Below, one piece after another: positions 1 to 12,600 of a stretch of DNA of 64,000 bases; position 1 is the stretch's first letter, and every line of letters starts with the position of its first letter. The position numbers and the translations under genes were made by a program. Origin of the DNA: Hormiphora californensis (Eukaryota > Animalia > Ctenophora); the NCBI GenBank assembly GCA_020137815.1, contig CM035354.1:1302001-1366000 (forward strand), in the 5' to 3' direction. Below the pieces are notes generated by a model that was not told where the DNA came from, did not search any database, and was given only the letters and a program-made list of their open reading frames with translations.

Positions 1-402
1 TGTATTTCGCGATACCGTATTTTGACTGCAAGCAGCACTGTTACCGCAGCTTTCTAAGATCCAATTCCTTGATACTGCACCATGGTTCACAATATTTCAA
101 TAGTTCTATTCACAGTATTTCATGTTCAACAGCAAAATAACAGGATACAGCTAACATTGAAGTACTGGTAGCATATCTAGCTTGATTGTTGTCCGATCCA
201 ACACGATTACAAGATATATTTAGGAAAGACACAAACTGACAAATAAAATGTTGAATCTTAGAGGATTTAGATTTCTCTACTGAGGCAGAATTGCGACAAT
301 GACCTAGCTGGTATATAAAAGTTATATAACACAAGTTTCGGGGGCCGGGCACCCGAAACACAGTTTAGCTAGGCATATAAACAAATTATATAACACAAAA
401 CA

Positions 403-488
403 CAGGAACCGACCGACACAAGTAAACAACCAATCAGAACTCGTTATTTAGGTCACGTGACTGGTTATCAGCCAATCAGGGACCAGTA
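403..488. mobile_element. CAGGAACC-family MITE, truncated copy
   Basis: Starts with the CAGGAACCGACC terminus and has the same internal CCAATCAG/GTCACGTGAC core as the 20121 copy. Confidence 0.75.
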
Positions 489-509
489 TAACACATAAAA
501 CACACTTAC

Positions 510-595
510 CTATCGCGTTCTGCCAACTGGATCCGAGAGAGGTTGTGGGTGATGTTGAAGTTGGCAGAGGAGACGGAGTGGAGTAGCTGGGCCAT
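510..595 (-). CDS. Possible exon of an antisense gene nested in an ITPR intron (MAQLLHSVSSANFNITHNLSRIQLAERD)
   Basis: ATG at 595-593 with a CAG acceptor 6 nt upstream and an AG|GTAAGT donor at 509. No homology recognised and no convincing next exon. Confidence 0.25.
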
Positions 596-1549
596 TCACA
601 GCTGATATTATGACGTCATAATGAGCTATAAGTGGTTGATTAGTGGTTAATTGGACTTGGCAACGCGGCTATAAATGGCAAACTGATGGGAATTGGAATT
701 TGATATTTTTAGTAAGAGGATTTTAGTAAAGAGCCTTTGGTATCAAGTTCCAGGTAAAGACTCTGTCAGGAATTACCTATCGTCAAGTGACAACTGCCTT
801 TGATGTTAGTACTTGAGTGTGTGATACTATCTCTATCCACACTCTATCTTGTTTTAGACTCTACCAGTACCAGGCTTTTAGATAAATATCACACAATTAG
901 CAGAGTAGATTACTTATTGGTACGACTAAAACAAGGGAGAAAGTTATTCTCTTTCGTCAAAAAGATAGGTTACTGGTTTGACTAAGTATCCAGATATATG
1001 ATACTGGCTATGATCCAGCTGATACATGGTCGGTATAACGGAAACTGGAACAACGACCAGTCTCCCAGAAATAGTAAACAACGAATGAAAACAGATGAGC
1101 TAATGTAGTGAGAGGGCTGCATGTGTATCTTGCAGAACTCGGGATTCGTTTGGCCGCTTGGATTCTATGTAGGAGCTCCTAATAATGAGGGAACGTTTTA
1201 AATGCCCATTTGGGGGATTCATAATCATATGATAATATGGGAGAGAATGTTGTGATGCAATAGTATAATAGTAAACCAATAGAGAGATAGAAAGATAGAG
1301 AGATAGAAAGATAGAAAGATATATAATAGCGCGGAGACAGTAATTTGTGGACAATTCAGTGTCAAAACAATATGCACTGTGTATCAGAATAGTAATCCAA
1401 TGTCTATAATTCGAATAATGCACCTCTCCCTTTCTCTATCTCCCTATCTATCTATCTCTATCTCTCTTTCTATCTCTCTTTCTATCTCTATATCGCCCAC
1501 AATTTCAATCCATTTCTACCTTTAGCTCTCTATATCTCTCTCTCTCTCT

Positions 1550-1584
<35 letters not shown>

Positions 1585-2771
1585 TCTCATTCTTTCCGCA
1601 ACTATAATCGCAGAAAATTCGGTGTACAATAGCGGTGAAACAATCACATACGAGAGAGAAACGCCATCAGAAAACTATATGCTGCAGGCTATAATTCCAG
1701 CCCCGGGTTATGTTGTGTATCTAAGCCAGCCACAAAGTTGTAATGCAACAATGTACATGTGCTATTGCAACCTTGAGGCTCTTAGAGATTGTGCGTTTAG
1801 CCAGTCTATATCTGTACATAAAAGCCAAATCTACCGGTTTGTGGGCCGGTGTCTGACATGACTAAAGACAGAAAAACTCTGGCCGAGACAGAGTTGGCTA
1901 AGTTGCAAGCTGACACTGTGTTCTAAAGTATGAACAATTCAGTTGGCCTCCTGTGAAGCGACACTGTGTTCTAACACTGTGTTCTAAGGAGGGTTAGACT
2001 AACCCTCCTTTACATTTGGAGGGCGCGAAACACAGTCTAGCTAGGCAAGCTAACACTGTGTTCTAAAGTATGAACAATTCAAAGAGTTGGCCTCCAGTGA
2101 AGCGAATAAACTTTATGGTTCCCTATCATCACTTTATTAGCAAGATATGTCATTAGCTGGCAACTGCTGAAGTGAGACAGCAGTTTACAGTACTTTACTA
2201 AAGAAAGACACAGTTTACTAAAAGCTGTCTTTCTCTCCCATAAATATGTTTAGGAGGCACCCTGCAACTGAAAAGTTAGGACATGTCACAATAGCTGTTA
2301 GCCCTATGCTATGGCCTATTGGTACCACGTGTCGACACGTCCTATAATAGTAAAACGTTCTGGGCTCTATGAAAATTGAATTAGCCCATGCGCATATGTC
2401 ACACCTAACTCTCTGTCACACCTATTGCGGATAAGTGCATTCTGGCTATAAACTCCATGCATACTTCTCAAGCTTAGGTAGAATTCTAAAACCTCGGTAG
2501 AATTCTAAAACCTCGGCCGAGTTTTGTTCAATGCTCTGACCACAGTTCTGGCACGAAGAAGAAGAATATGGTCAAGCCAATGCTCTGGCAGGTTTTATTA
2601 GGTTTTATAAATTCCCATCAATCATCAGTTTAGGCTAGATATAACTGTCTGGCATGCAAAGTTAGACCCGGCTAGATATGGCTGGTAGCCTTCACAAGAC
2701 AAAACAGTTAAACAATAAACGGTTTTATTTCATAGATTATGGTAGGATAGATATGTTTGATTCTCTCTGAC

Positions 2772-2856
<85 letters not shown>

Positions 2857-3646
2857 CATTCTCTTCACAATTAAAGTTAGACTGTTTATCGATCGTAATG
2901 GCGCAGTAATATCCACTTAATCCATCACACGTGCCACCAGATAAAGATAGTACGATACGCGTGTGATGGAATAATGGGGTCATTATGGATAGGTTTTCCC
3001 TAGTCTTATCATCAGCTGTTATCATCAGTTATTATACAAAGAACGCATATCAGAGTAATATATATCGGAGACTGGAAACTGATACTCATAGAGCCATGAT
3101 ACTCATAGAGGCATGATAGTCATAGAGGCATAGAAGAAGAAGAAGCTAATATCAGAGGAGGATGTTTATTATTTGCGGATAATTTGAAACTAACACACAC
3201 ACACACACAAACGTGTTTCGGTGAAGATTAAATCTACAAATTTATACACTGTATCAATATTGCAATATCATTCCACCTACCACGCCCTAATCATGAAATG
3301 TGATCAAGGTTCATAATCATATCTAGCATATCACTTGATCTATCAAACCCTCTGCACAGAGCACGCATTTTGAAATAAAATGACGGTGTGAGCCACGCAA
3401 CATATCGACTGACAACTTCGGACTGATAGATTAATTAAAGAGATTCTTATTGGTGCGTATCCCAATTCTCATCGACTGGGCCAGCTATCAAAATTCTCCC
3501 GTCTTACCTCCCCAACCCCCTCCCCTAACCCCTTCCTCTGAACTCCAACCCTAACCCCTCCCCTAACCACCTCCACTAAACTCCCTCCCTCTAAACTCCC
3601 TGATCCCTCTAAACTCCAACCCTAACCTCCATATTTTCCCGCACAG

Positions 3647-6600
3647 GTTGAGATGAAGGAGATTTATACAAGTAATCACATGTGGGATCTTTTTGAGAAC
3701 TTCCTCGTAGACATCTCACTGGTATGTTGTTATGGTTACTACAGTTACTATGGTTACCATGGTTAGTATCATGGCAAGCGCCCGGGCCCATATATCCTCA
3801 ACTTGTTAATCAATTAACTACTTAGTTTGTGAGTTTAGCAAACCGTAGAAGACCTCGTAAGAGCTCTTGTTAAAAGACTACGACACAAATTAACATCTAT
3901 TCAAGTAGACGTACAATATAATTATCGGCCTTAATATGGATAGAGAATGAAAAAGAGAGAAAGAAAGTGCGAGCAATAATTGTATGACGGCTAAACGTGT
4001 TGCATGCACATGTAATATGGAAGGTAATTGAAATTAGGGCAGAGGTGAATTTAACGAGTGCAGATATGTGTTCAATATATTAGCTCCCCCATACCAGTCC
4101 CCCATACCAGCCCCGCGGTTAGAGGTGAAGATAAAAATAACAGATTTTATCCAAAAGTGGTACATGGTCGACTAATTATAATATGTAGGATTTTATTATG
4201 TCTATAAGTTGTACCTGAAAACTTATAACACGAGACCGAAGGTCGAGTGTTATAAGTACAACAATAATGATCCGAGACCACAGGTCGAGGCAGATTCTTG
4301 TACTTTAGTGCACGAGCCTGCGAGTGCCACTAAGTGTAACTACCTCACGAGCCTGCGAGTGATGTAGTTTTACTTTTTGACCGAGCCTGCGAGGTCTAAA
4401 AGTGTAAGAATCTGGGACATTATTGTTGACTTCAGGTACAACGAAAATAGGCATAATAAAATTGCATTGTAAAATTTTTAAAACAAGAGTGAGAGACACT
4501 TTAGGGCGTAACAATAGAACGAATTCATGATAGGGTAGCAGGCAGAGAAATCAGTATAAGATAAGATAACGCCTGAGATAGGTAAAGAGAGTGAGAGATT
4601 AGTGAGAGTGAGAGAGATAAAGAATGTGTGGGTCAGGGAGTTCGTAACCGTTATCTTGATATCGGTGCTGCAACGGCGTGAGAGTGTGACATAAAGAAAG
4701 AGAGAGAGGGAATTCGTACACGTTTATCTTTCTAACGGTTTTTAAGTGTGACAGAAACAGTGGAGTAAGGAGTTCGAAGTGCAGCAGTGTTATAAGTTTT
4801 CATGTATCACTGGGGGGTGTTATAAGTGAAAACTTATAACACTGGGGGGTGTTATAAGTGAAAACTTATAACACTGGGGGGTGTTATAAGTTGTACAAGC
4901 AGTGCTACCTAAAGAATTATATTATATCTCAAAATTTTACAATGTCAATTAAGTAGTTAATAAATTTAGCCACCAGGTAGTAAAATTAATCTCGTACGCG
5001 TCAAAAGAGGGGGAACGCCGTACTAAAAAACCCTTCTCAGGTTGGGTCAGACACGTGTGCCCCCCCATATACTAGATGTTATTGTTGAGTAAGGGGTACT
5101 CAACTAAGAATTCACCACGTCCGCCTTTTCAATAATCTCAACCACTAACCCCCTCCCTAGCCCCACCCCTCAACCCCTAACCCCCACCCTAACCCCACCC
5201 CTCAACCCCTAACCCCCTCCCTAGCCCCACCCCTCAACCCCTAACCCCCTCCCTAGCCCCACCCCTCAACCCCTAACCCCCACCCTAACCCCACCCCTCA
5301 ACCCCTAACCCCCTCCCTAGCCCCACCCCTCAACCCCTAACCCCCACCCTAACCCTAACCCTAACCCCCTGTTCAGGTTTCCAACAACGGTAAACCATCC
5401 TCACGGCATGAGAAAGTTCTGGAGGAGTACGTGTGTACAAGTGTAATGCAGATAATAACATCGTTCTTCTCTTCACCATTCTCGGATAGCTCAACTAGTC
5501 AGGTAACCCACCTTTACTAACCTCTTTACTAACCCGTTAACTGTCACGTGTGTGATTTCAAAATCTTATCAAATGGGGGATTATATCTTGTCAAAAATAA
5601 TTGAGTGATTTTAACCACACCTCTTTCCAGTCTCGTCAGCCCATGTTCATGAGACTTCTCAAGGGAGCCTTCCAGTTGAGTAGGTGCGAGTGGCTCTCTG
5701 GGGAACACAAATTCCACGTGGAACACTGCATTAAAACTCTATCTGATATCGGTAATATACTATTCAGGATAGAAACAAACCTTTTGGGTTTTTAGGTTAG
5801 AAACAAACCTTGTGGGTTTTATAAGGACTGCAATCACTAACATCTGTCTACATATTTTCAGCACACGAAGCGCAAGGTCATGATCACCGCCGACCTGAAC
5901 TGCCCAGATGAGCTCCCTGCTGACACGATCCAGCCTGGGAAACAGGATAGGCAATAAGTGGATGGACCGAGTTAGAAGCAGGAGATCCTCAGGAATGGGC
6001 GGGAGCAGGGATTATAGGACAATTATTGAGGGATTACAGGTAAAACAATTCAGGGATTATAGGACCATTATTGAGGGATTACAGGTAAAACAATGTGTGA
6101 AAAAATAATAACCTAGTCAACATGTGAACCACCGTACTAGATTCATTTATTCACGAAAAGCTAACCTAAGTCATAGAGCTCATATCGAAACGGGCACGAC
6201 GTTGATCTACCCAACAGAGCACAGTATTATGAGCGGCAGACAAGGACGATGTTGCCATGACAATATATCATTTTGATGAGATAATCACAACCCTAATGGT
6301 GACTTCAGATCAGGATCTAGATCAATCACGAACCGATAATATAGCTCTTCTATAGATCAAATGGTCTCATTATAGGGCTGATTAGATATATCGGTAGATC
6401 CGATAATTACAGAGAGAAAGCTTGAAAACAGAGGAAAGCTAGATTTCGGTTGATCAACTGTTTTCAGTAACAAGGATGTTTATCAATTGATAATAGGTTT
6501 CTGGACTCCTAACCTCTAACCATGATGGTGATATCAATTGCTAGTTGCTATACCATGATCATGATCGTAGTATCATATAACGGCACACAACTAAATCAGT

Positions 6601-9600
6601 GCAGTTAATTGTGCCAATTAATGTTAGGTTAAATTGTCACGATCTCTCTCCATCTATCTTTATCTTTATATAGCTTTCTCTCTCTGTTAACGAGAGGTAT
6701 GTGTGTTATAGTTATTCCTAAAATTCCTCAATAGTACATGACACCCCTCCCCAGGACATGGTATCTCTATTTGACCCACATAACACATGACCCCACTCCC
6801 CTAATAACACATGACCCCCTATCCCAGGACATTGTATCTCTATTTGAGGAGGAGATGCGGCCCCAGGTCGAGGCTGAGAAGAGTGTCCTGGTTGATGTAA
6901 TGCACAGACCGGACCATCTCTTCCCGGAAGAGAGCGAGAGCAGGTTTGTTTGTTTGTTTTAAGAACCTGGAAGAGCAGGTTAATAGAAATAATAATTATT
7001 CACTTGATAACTCGATTCCCTTTGAATAACTTAATTCAATGATATCACTGTGGTTGGTGGGGAATAGGTCCTCAGGGAGAACTCGACAGGAAAATACAAT
7101 TTCTCTGGAGTATTATACAAATTTAAACATTCAGTGTTAACAAGGAATTCCTTGTTAACACTCATGTTTCAAATTGTTAATGATTTATTTACACATCCAG
7201 GTTGCAATGCACCGGGGGAGGGTTCGTCAGCAAGTTGATCTGTCACTGTGAGAAGATGTTGGAAAACATTGACGAGAACTTGATAATCCGATTACTCAAC
7301 ACCATTCGGTGTATGATGAAGACAAACCTTCAATTTACACCTGATGTAAGTACGACATAGCTCTGCCCAACATATGAACCACTGAACCAGGAACCGACCG
7401 AATCAGGAAATACTGGTCCCTGATTGGCTGATAATATCAAATAGAAAGCTAAATTCCATCATGTTCAGGCGTTGAAACTCCGTCTCCGGTTGCTAAAGCG
7501 GTACTATGGTGACACTGTTGTTGAGAAGGTAGCACAGGATCAGGTTGTCGAGGAAACTGCTAATGATGAAGACGGTTAGTACACGTTGTCATGACTACCA
7601 CCCCCCCTCGTGCTGTTAGCATGTGAGCGGCGGGGTGCAGTGGGCAGTTAGTGTGTTGTCAATATCATACCTATGTCTTGCCTTGACTGGCCCTATATCT
7701 TGGTTACGAAGACCTTCACGCGCTGGCAAGGGGGGGGGGGTAACTTCGTAACCAACCCTATTTCACCGCCCCCAAATATAAAGGAGGTCGTTACAACATA
7801 ACAACCTCCTTCAGATGCTGAGGATGAGGAGGATGATTGGTGTACGAGAATCAAACAAAGTAACTCTGTCAGCGTTGCCAGGGACGACCTCACTCTCTTC
7901 CAGGTAAGATCAGCTCTGAAAACATGGTAGTTGTTCTAAGTTCTTCCATAATCGCAGTAGATTGGTTTTTCATCAGGGATTCCAGGGCCGGATTCCATGA
8001 AACATGTGTTGCGTCCTAAACCAAACCAACCCAAACTAAATTCTACAGGTGCAATGTTTGTTGGACAGCGCTGGAGCTACAGAGTTGTTTATCAAGCTCG
8101 TCATCTCTGCCAAGAGTCCAGCAGTCTTCCACGAGTCCTTACAGCTTGGCATCTCTCTACTAGAGGGAGGTAACCCTCTAATTCAGGTAGGGTGGACCAT
8201 AAATTATTATGGGGGGGGGGTGAGCCGCATTGAGTCATCCGGCCTACCCTTGGTATTGCACTTCAGCAACTCTAGATATAACTAATTATTAGTAATTCAG
8301 TCAAAATTAGCAATGGCAAAACACAATTTGAAGCACGACACAACAATCTCCTCATCTTTTTACAGCGTTCCTTCCACGAGCGGTTTATGAACCAGAACTC
8401 AGAGCAGTTCTTCTACACAATACACACCAAGATGGCAAAGGCTATTGTTGACATCAAGAACTGTCACGCCACAGCCACAACTGATGTCTCTGGACAAGCC
8501 AACACCAAGAACCGAGTAGATGATATCCAGGTTAGTTTGTGTTGATATTTCAAATCCCGTATAGAAACAATCCTTGTGAGTTTTACTAACAACAGCCCGT
8601 ATATATCAGGAGACTCAGGACGGCACCCTAATTGTTGCTCTAAATGTCGCTGACAACGATCACTTTTTTGCGTCAAATGACGAAATTGATGATAAGGTTC
8701 ATCTCAGGATATATCCACGGCTATGGGATCACATACCATCGCTACTAGATCACATACCATCGCTACTAGATCACATACCATCGCTACTAGATCACATACC
8801 ATCGCTACTAGATCACATACCATCGCTACTAGATCACATACCATCGCTACTAGATCACATACCATCGCTACTAGATCACATACCATCGCTACTAGATCAC
8901 ATACCATCGCTACTAGATCACATACCATCGCTACTAGATCACATACCATCGCTACTAGATCACATACCATCGCTACTAGATCACATACCATCGCTACTAG
9001 ATCACATACCATCGCTACTAGATCACATACCATCGCTACTAGATCACATACCATCGCTACTAGATCACATTCCATCGCTACTAGATCACATACCATCGCT
9101 ACTAGATCACATACCATCGCTACTAGATCACATACCATCGCTACTAGATCACATACCATCGCTACTAGATCACATACCATCGCTACTAGATCACATACCA
9201 TCGCTACTAGATCACATACCATCGCTACTAGATCACATACCATCGCTACTAGATCACATACCATCGCTACTAGATCACATACCATCGCTACTAGATCACA
9301 TACCATCGCTACTAGATCACATACCATCGCTACTAGATCACATACCATCGCTACTAGATCACATACCATCGCTACTAGATCACATACCATCGCTACTAGA
9401 TCACATACCATCGCTACTAGATCACATACCATCGCTACTAGATCACATACCATCGCTACTAGATCACATACCATCGCTACTAGATCACATACCATCGCTA
9501 CTAGATCACATACCATCGCTACTAGATCACATACCATCGCTACTAGATCACATACCATCGCTACTAGATCACATACCATCGCTACTAGATCACATTCCAT

Positions 9601-12600
9601 CGCTACTAGATCACATACTATCGCTACTAGATCACATTACATCAGCTAAATACCATCGCCACAAGCTAGTAACCCAATGACACCAGTACACTTGATCGGG
9701 AGTTCACAGCTATAGAGATAAGGGTAAAGGGATCACATTACATGGTAGCGCTAGAGATAAGAGATCACATTACATGCTAGAGATAAGGGATCACATTACA
9801 TGCAACTGCCAGCGCTACTCCATTCTCCAAATCCATTGTATACTCGGGGTTTCACAACGTGAAGCATTATACCGCGGCCACCCTTTATATTAACACTGAG
9901 AGACAGGGAGAATACTGAGAGGGAGAGCACTATACCGCTAAAAAGTGAAGCAGCCCCAACACACAGCTCCCCGCCCCTAAACTAACATCCCCCTCCCCTC
10001 CTAGGACGCCCTGTCCCAAGCTGCGGCAGCCAGTAAGGCGGCCATGGCGGCCCTGAAACGGCCCGACGAGGATGAGCAATATAAGGAGATAGGTCTGGAT
10101 GGGGTTGGGGATGAGGTCCAAGAGATGACACATGTGTTGAGGTTCCTACAGTTACTGTGTGAGAACCATAATGATAAACTACAGGATTACCTTAGAAAAC
10201 AGGTAATGAGTTACCGTGGTTACCATGGTTACCATAGTTACCATAGTTACCATAGTTACCAAAGTTTCTTAAGTAGTTACTTAGTTACTTTCTATCGATA
10301 ATCGCTCGACTGGCATCCTAAATTCATCATTACAAATTAAAACACTCGAGTGTTTATTACAAGGAATACAAATGTTTCTCTAGTAAATGCTAAATCGACC
10401 GTGTTTTAATTTGTATAATACTCCAGAGAAATTGTATTTCCCTGAGGACCTATTCCCTATCAACCATAGTTGTAAATTTATCATTATATATTCGAGGGAT
10501 GTGTTGTACGAATAGAACTCCCTTCAACAACCCCCTTCAATAACATTGAACTCCCTCTTGTTCCAACCCCAACCAATTCCCTCCCCCCTTCTAAAAACCC
10601 CACTCTCCCTAACAACACACTCCCTCCCAGAATAACAACCCCTAACAATCCCCTCCCTCCTACAGAACAACAAGAACTCGTATAACCTGGTGAACGAAAC
10701 ACTAAACCTGATAGACGCTCCTCTGCGGGGGCACCTACTGGTGGTCTTGGTCTACTTGGACTCTACATTAACGAGGGGAACTTTGAAGCTAATCGATCAG
10801 TGTCTCTGTACCCTAACCTGAGTTCTGTCAGGGTCCCTGTCCTGAGAATCAGAGAGTCATTGCCTACCAAGAGAGTAATGGGATTGACATTATTGTCGCT
10901 ATAGTTCTGAATGATATAAACCCCCTCGCTAAACGGAGGATGAACCTGGTGCTGCAGTTGAAGAATGATGCGGCTAAGTTGTTGTTGTCTATTATGGAGA
11001 GTAGGCAAGATACCGATATGGCTGAACGGATCATGCAGAATATTCAGCCTAGTTATCTAGTTAATGCCATTCGACAAGCTTACAACACAGGTATACTATA
11101 CAATCTCCCCGGATAACATTTCTATCTATATCCTACAAATTGTTATCTATATTCTATCTATCCCTATCTGATATCTCTCTATGACTCTATCTATTCTATC
11201 TATCCCTATCTCTATGCTTCATCCCTATCTATCTATAACCCTACTTCATCCCTATCCCTATCTATCTCTCTCTGCAGCGGAAAACAAGGAATTAATGGAA
11301 ATGTTGGAGGCTGCAGCGGATGAGGACGCTGATGAAGATGAAGCGACACCTCATGAAGTGGGCCATAACATTTATATCTTGGCATATCAGGTAGGAAGTG
11401 GGCCATAACATTTACATCTTAGCATATCAGGTGGGAAGTGGGCCATAACATTTACATCTTGGCATATCAGGTAGGAAGTGGGCCATAACATTTACATCTT
11501 GGCATATCAGGTACCTTTCAAATATGAGGATTTGGCCTGCGATTAGGTAGTCCTCCCCCCTTGTATACCCCCTTGTACTATAACCTCTCGTGTACATATA
11601 TCATGATATTGGGGGGGGGGGGGGCCAAGGCCAAAAAAAGCCAAACCCGCCCTGAAATCCGGGTCTGATCTGGCTTTTTTTGGCTTTTTTTGATCTGGCT
11701 TTTTTTGGCTTTTTTTGATCTGGCTTTTTTTGATCTGGCCTTTTTTGATCTGGCTTTTTTTGGCCTTTTTTGGCTTTTATTGGCCTTTTTTGGCTTTTTT
11801 TGGCTTTTTTTGATCTGGCTTTTTTTGATTTAGCAGTTTTGATCTGGCTTTTTTTGGCTTTTTTTGATCTGGCTTTTTTTGATCTGGCTTTTTTTGGCTT
11901 TTTTTGATCTGGCTTTTTTTGGCTTTTTTTGATCTGGCTTTTTTTGGCTTTTTTTGATCTGGCTTTTTTTATATCAAACTTTTTTCGGTATAAAATTTTT
12001 TCCCTAACGATATAAAATGGTAAAACTAGATCAAAGAAGCCATTTTAAAGTGTTTTTAATGTCAAACAGACCATATAATGTCAGAATTACATGCCAAAAT
12101 GACCAAAAAAGTAGGGCCAAAAAAAGCCAGACCCGCCCTAAAATCCGGGATTGATCTGGCTTTTTTTGGCCTTGGCCCCCCCCCCCATATTATCTCTCAC
12201 CCCTCTCTCCTAACACAGTTGTCCGAGCACAACAAGGAGCTAGCCCATTTGCTCTGTAGAGGATTCTCTAACGAGGCCAGTAGAATATCTGACCCTGCAC
12301 TTGATTACTATTCCAAACGAACTGCACAGATCGAGGTAGGTTGAATTGCAATTGTAGTTAGTAACAGAGTGCAATTCAGTAAATAGTACAACACCTGAAT
12401 ACCTGATACTGGGTACTACCCTGTCGTTCTGACTGAACCCAGTACACCTCCAATTCCAACTCCCCAACCCCAACCCTCCCCAACCCCAACCCTCCCCAAC
12501 CCCAACTCCCCAACTCCCCAACCCCAACCATCCCCAACCCTCCCCAACCCTCCCCAACCCCGCGACTTGATTATTACGCTCCCCTGACCACCAGTACTTC

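Noticed and set aside
5340-5370. Interstitial telomere or chromosome fusion scar
   Set aside because: Only about 3 perfect units within a degenerate intronic C-rich repeat.
8704-9649. 298-aa and 308-aa repetitive ORFs; CRISPR-like appearance
   Set aside because: A pure 21-bp minisatellite with no spacers inside an intron; the ORFs follow from a stop-free unit whose length is a multiple of 3.
10666-11090. Frameshifts in ITPR (also 5862-5907) and FRMD4 (~48400, ~54221) suggesting pseudogenes or RNA editing
   Set aside because: All are isolated +1 insertions in otherwise highly conserved exons with no nonsense decay; most simply explained as consensus errors. Needs read-level confirmation.
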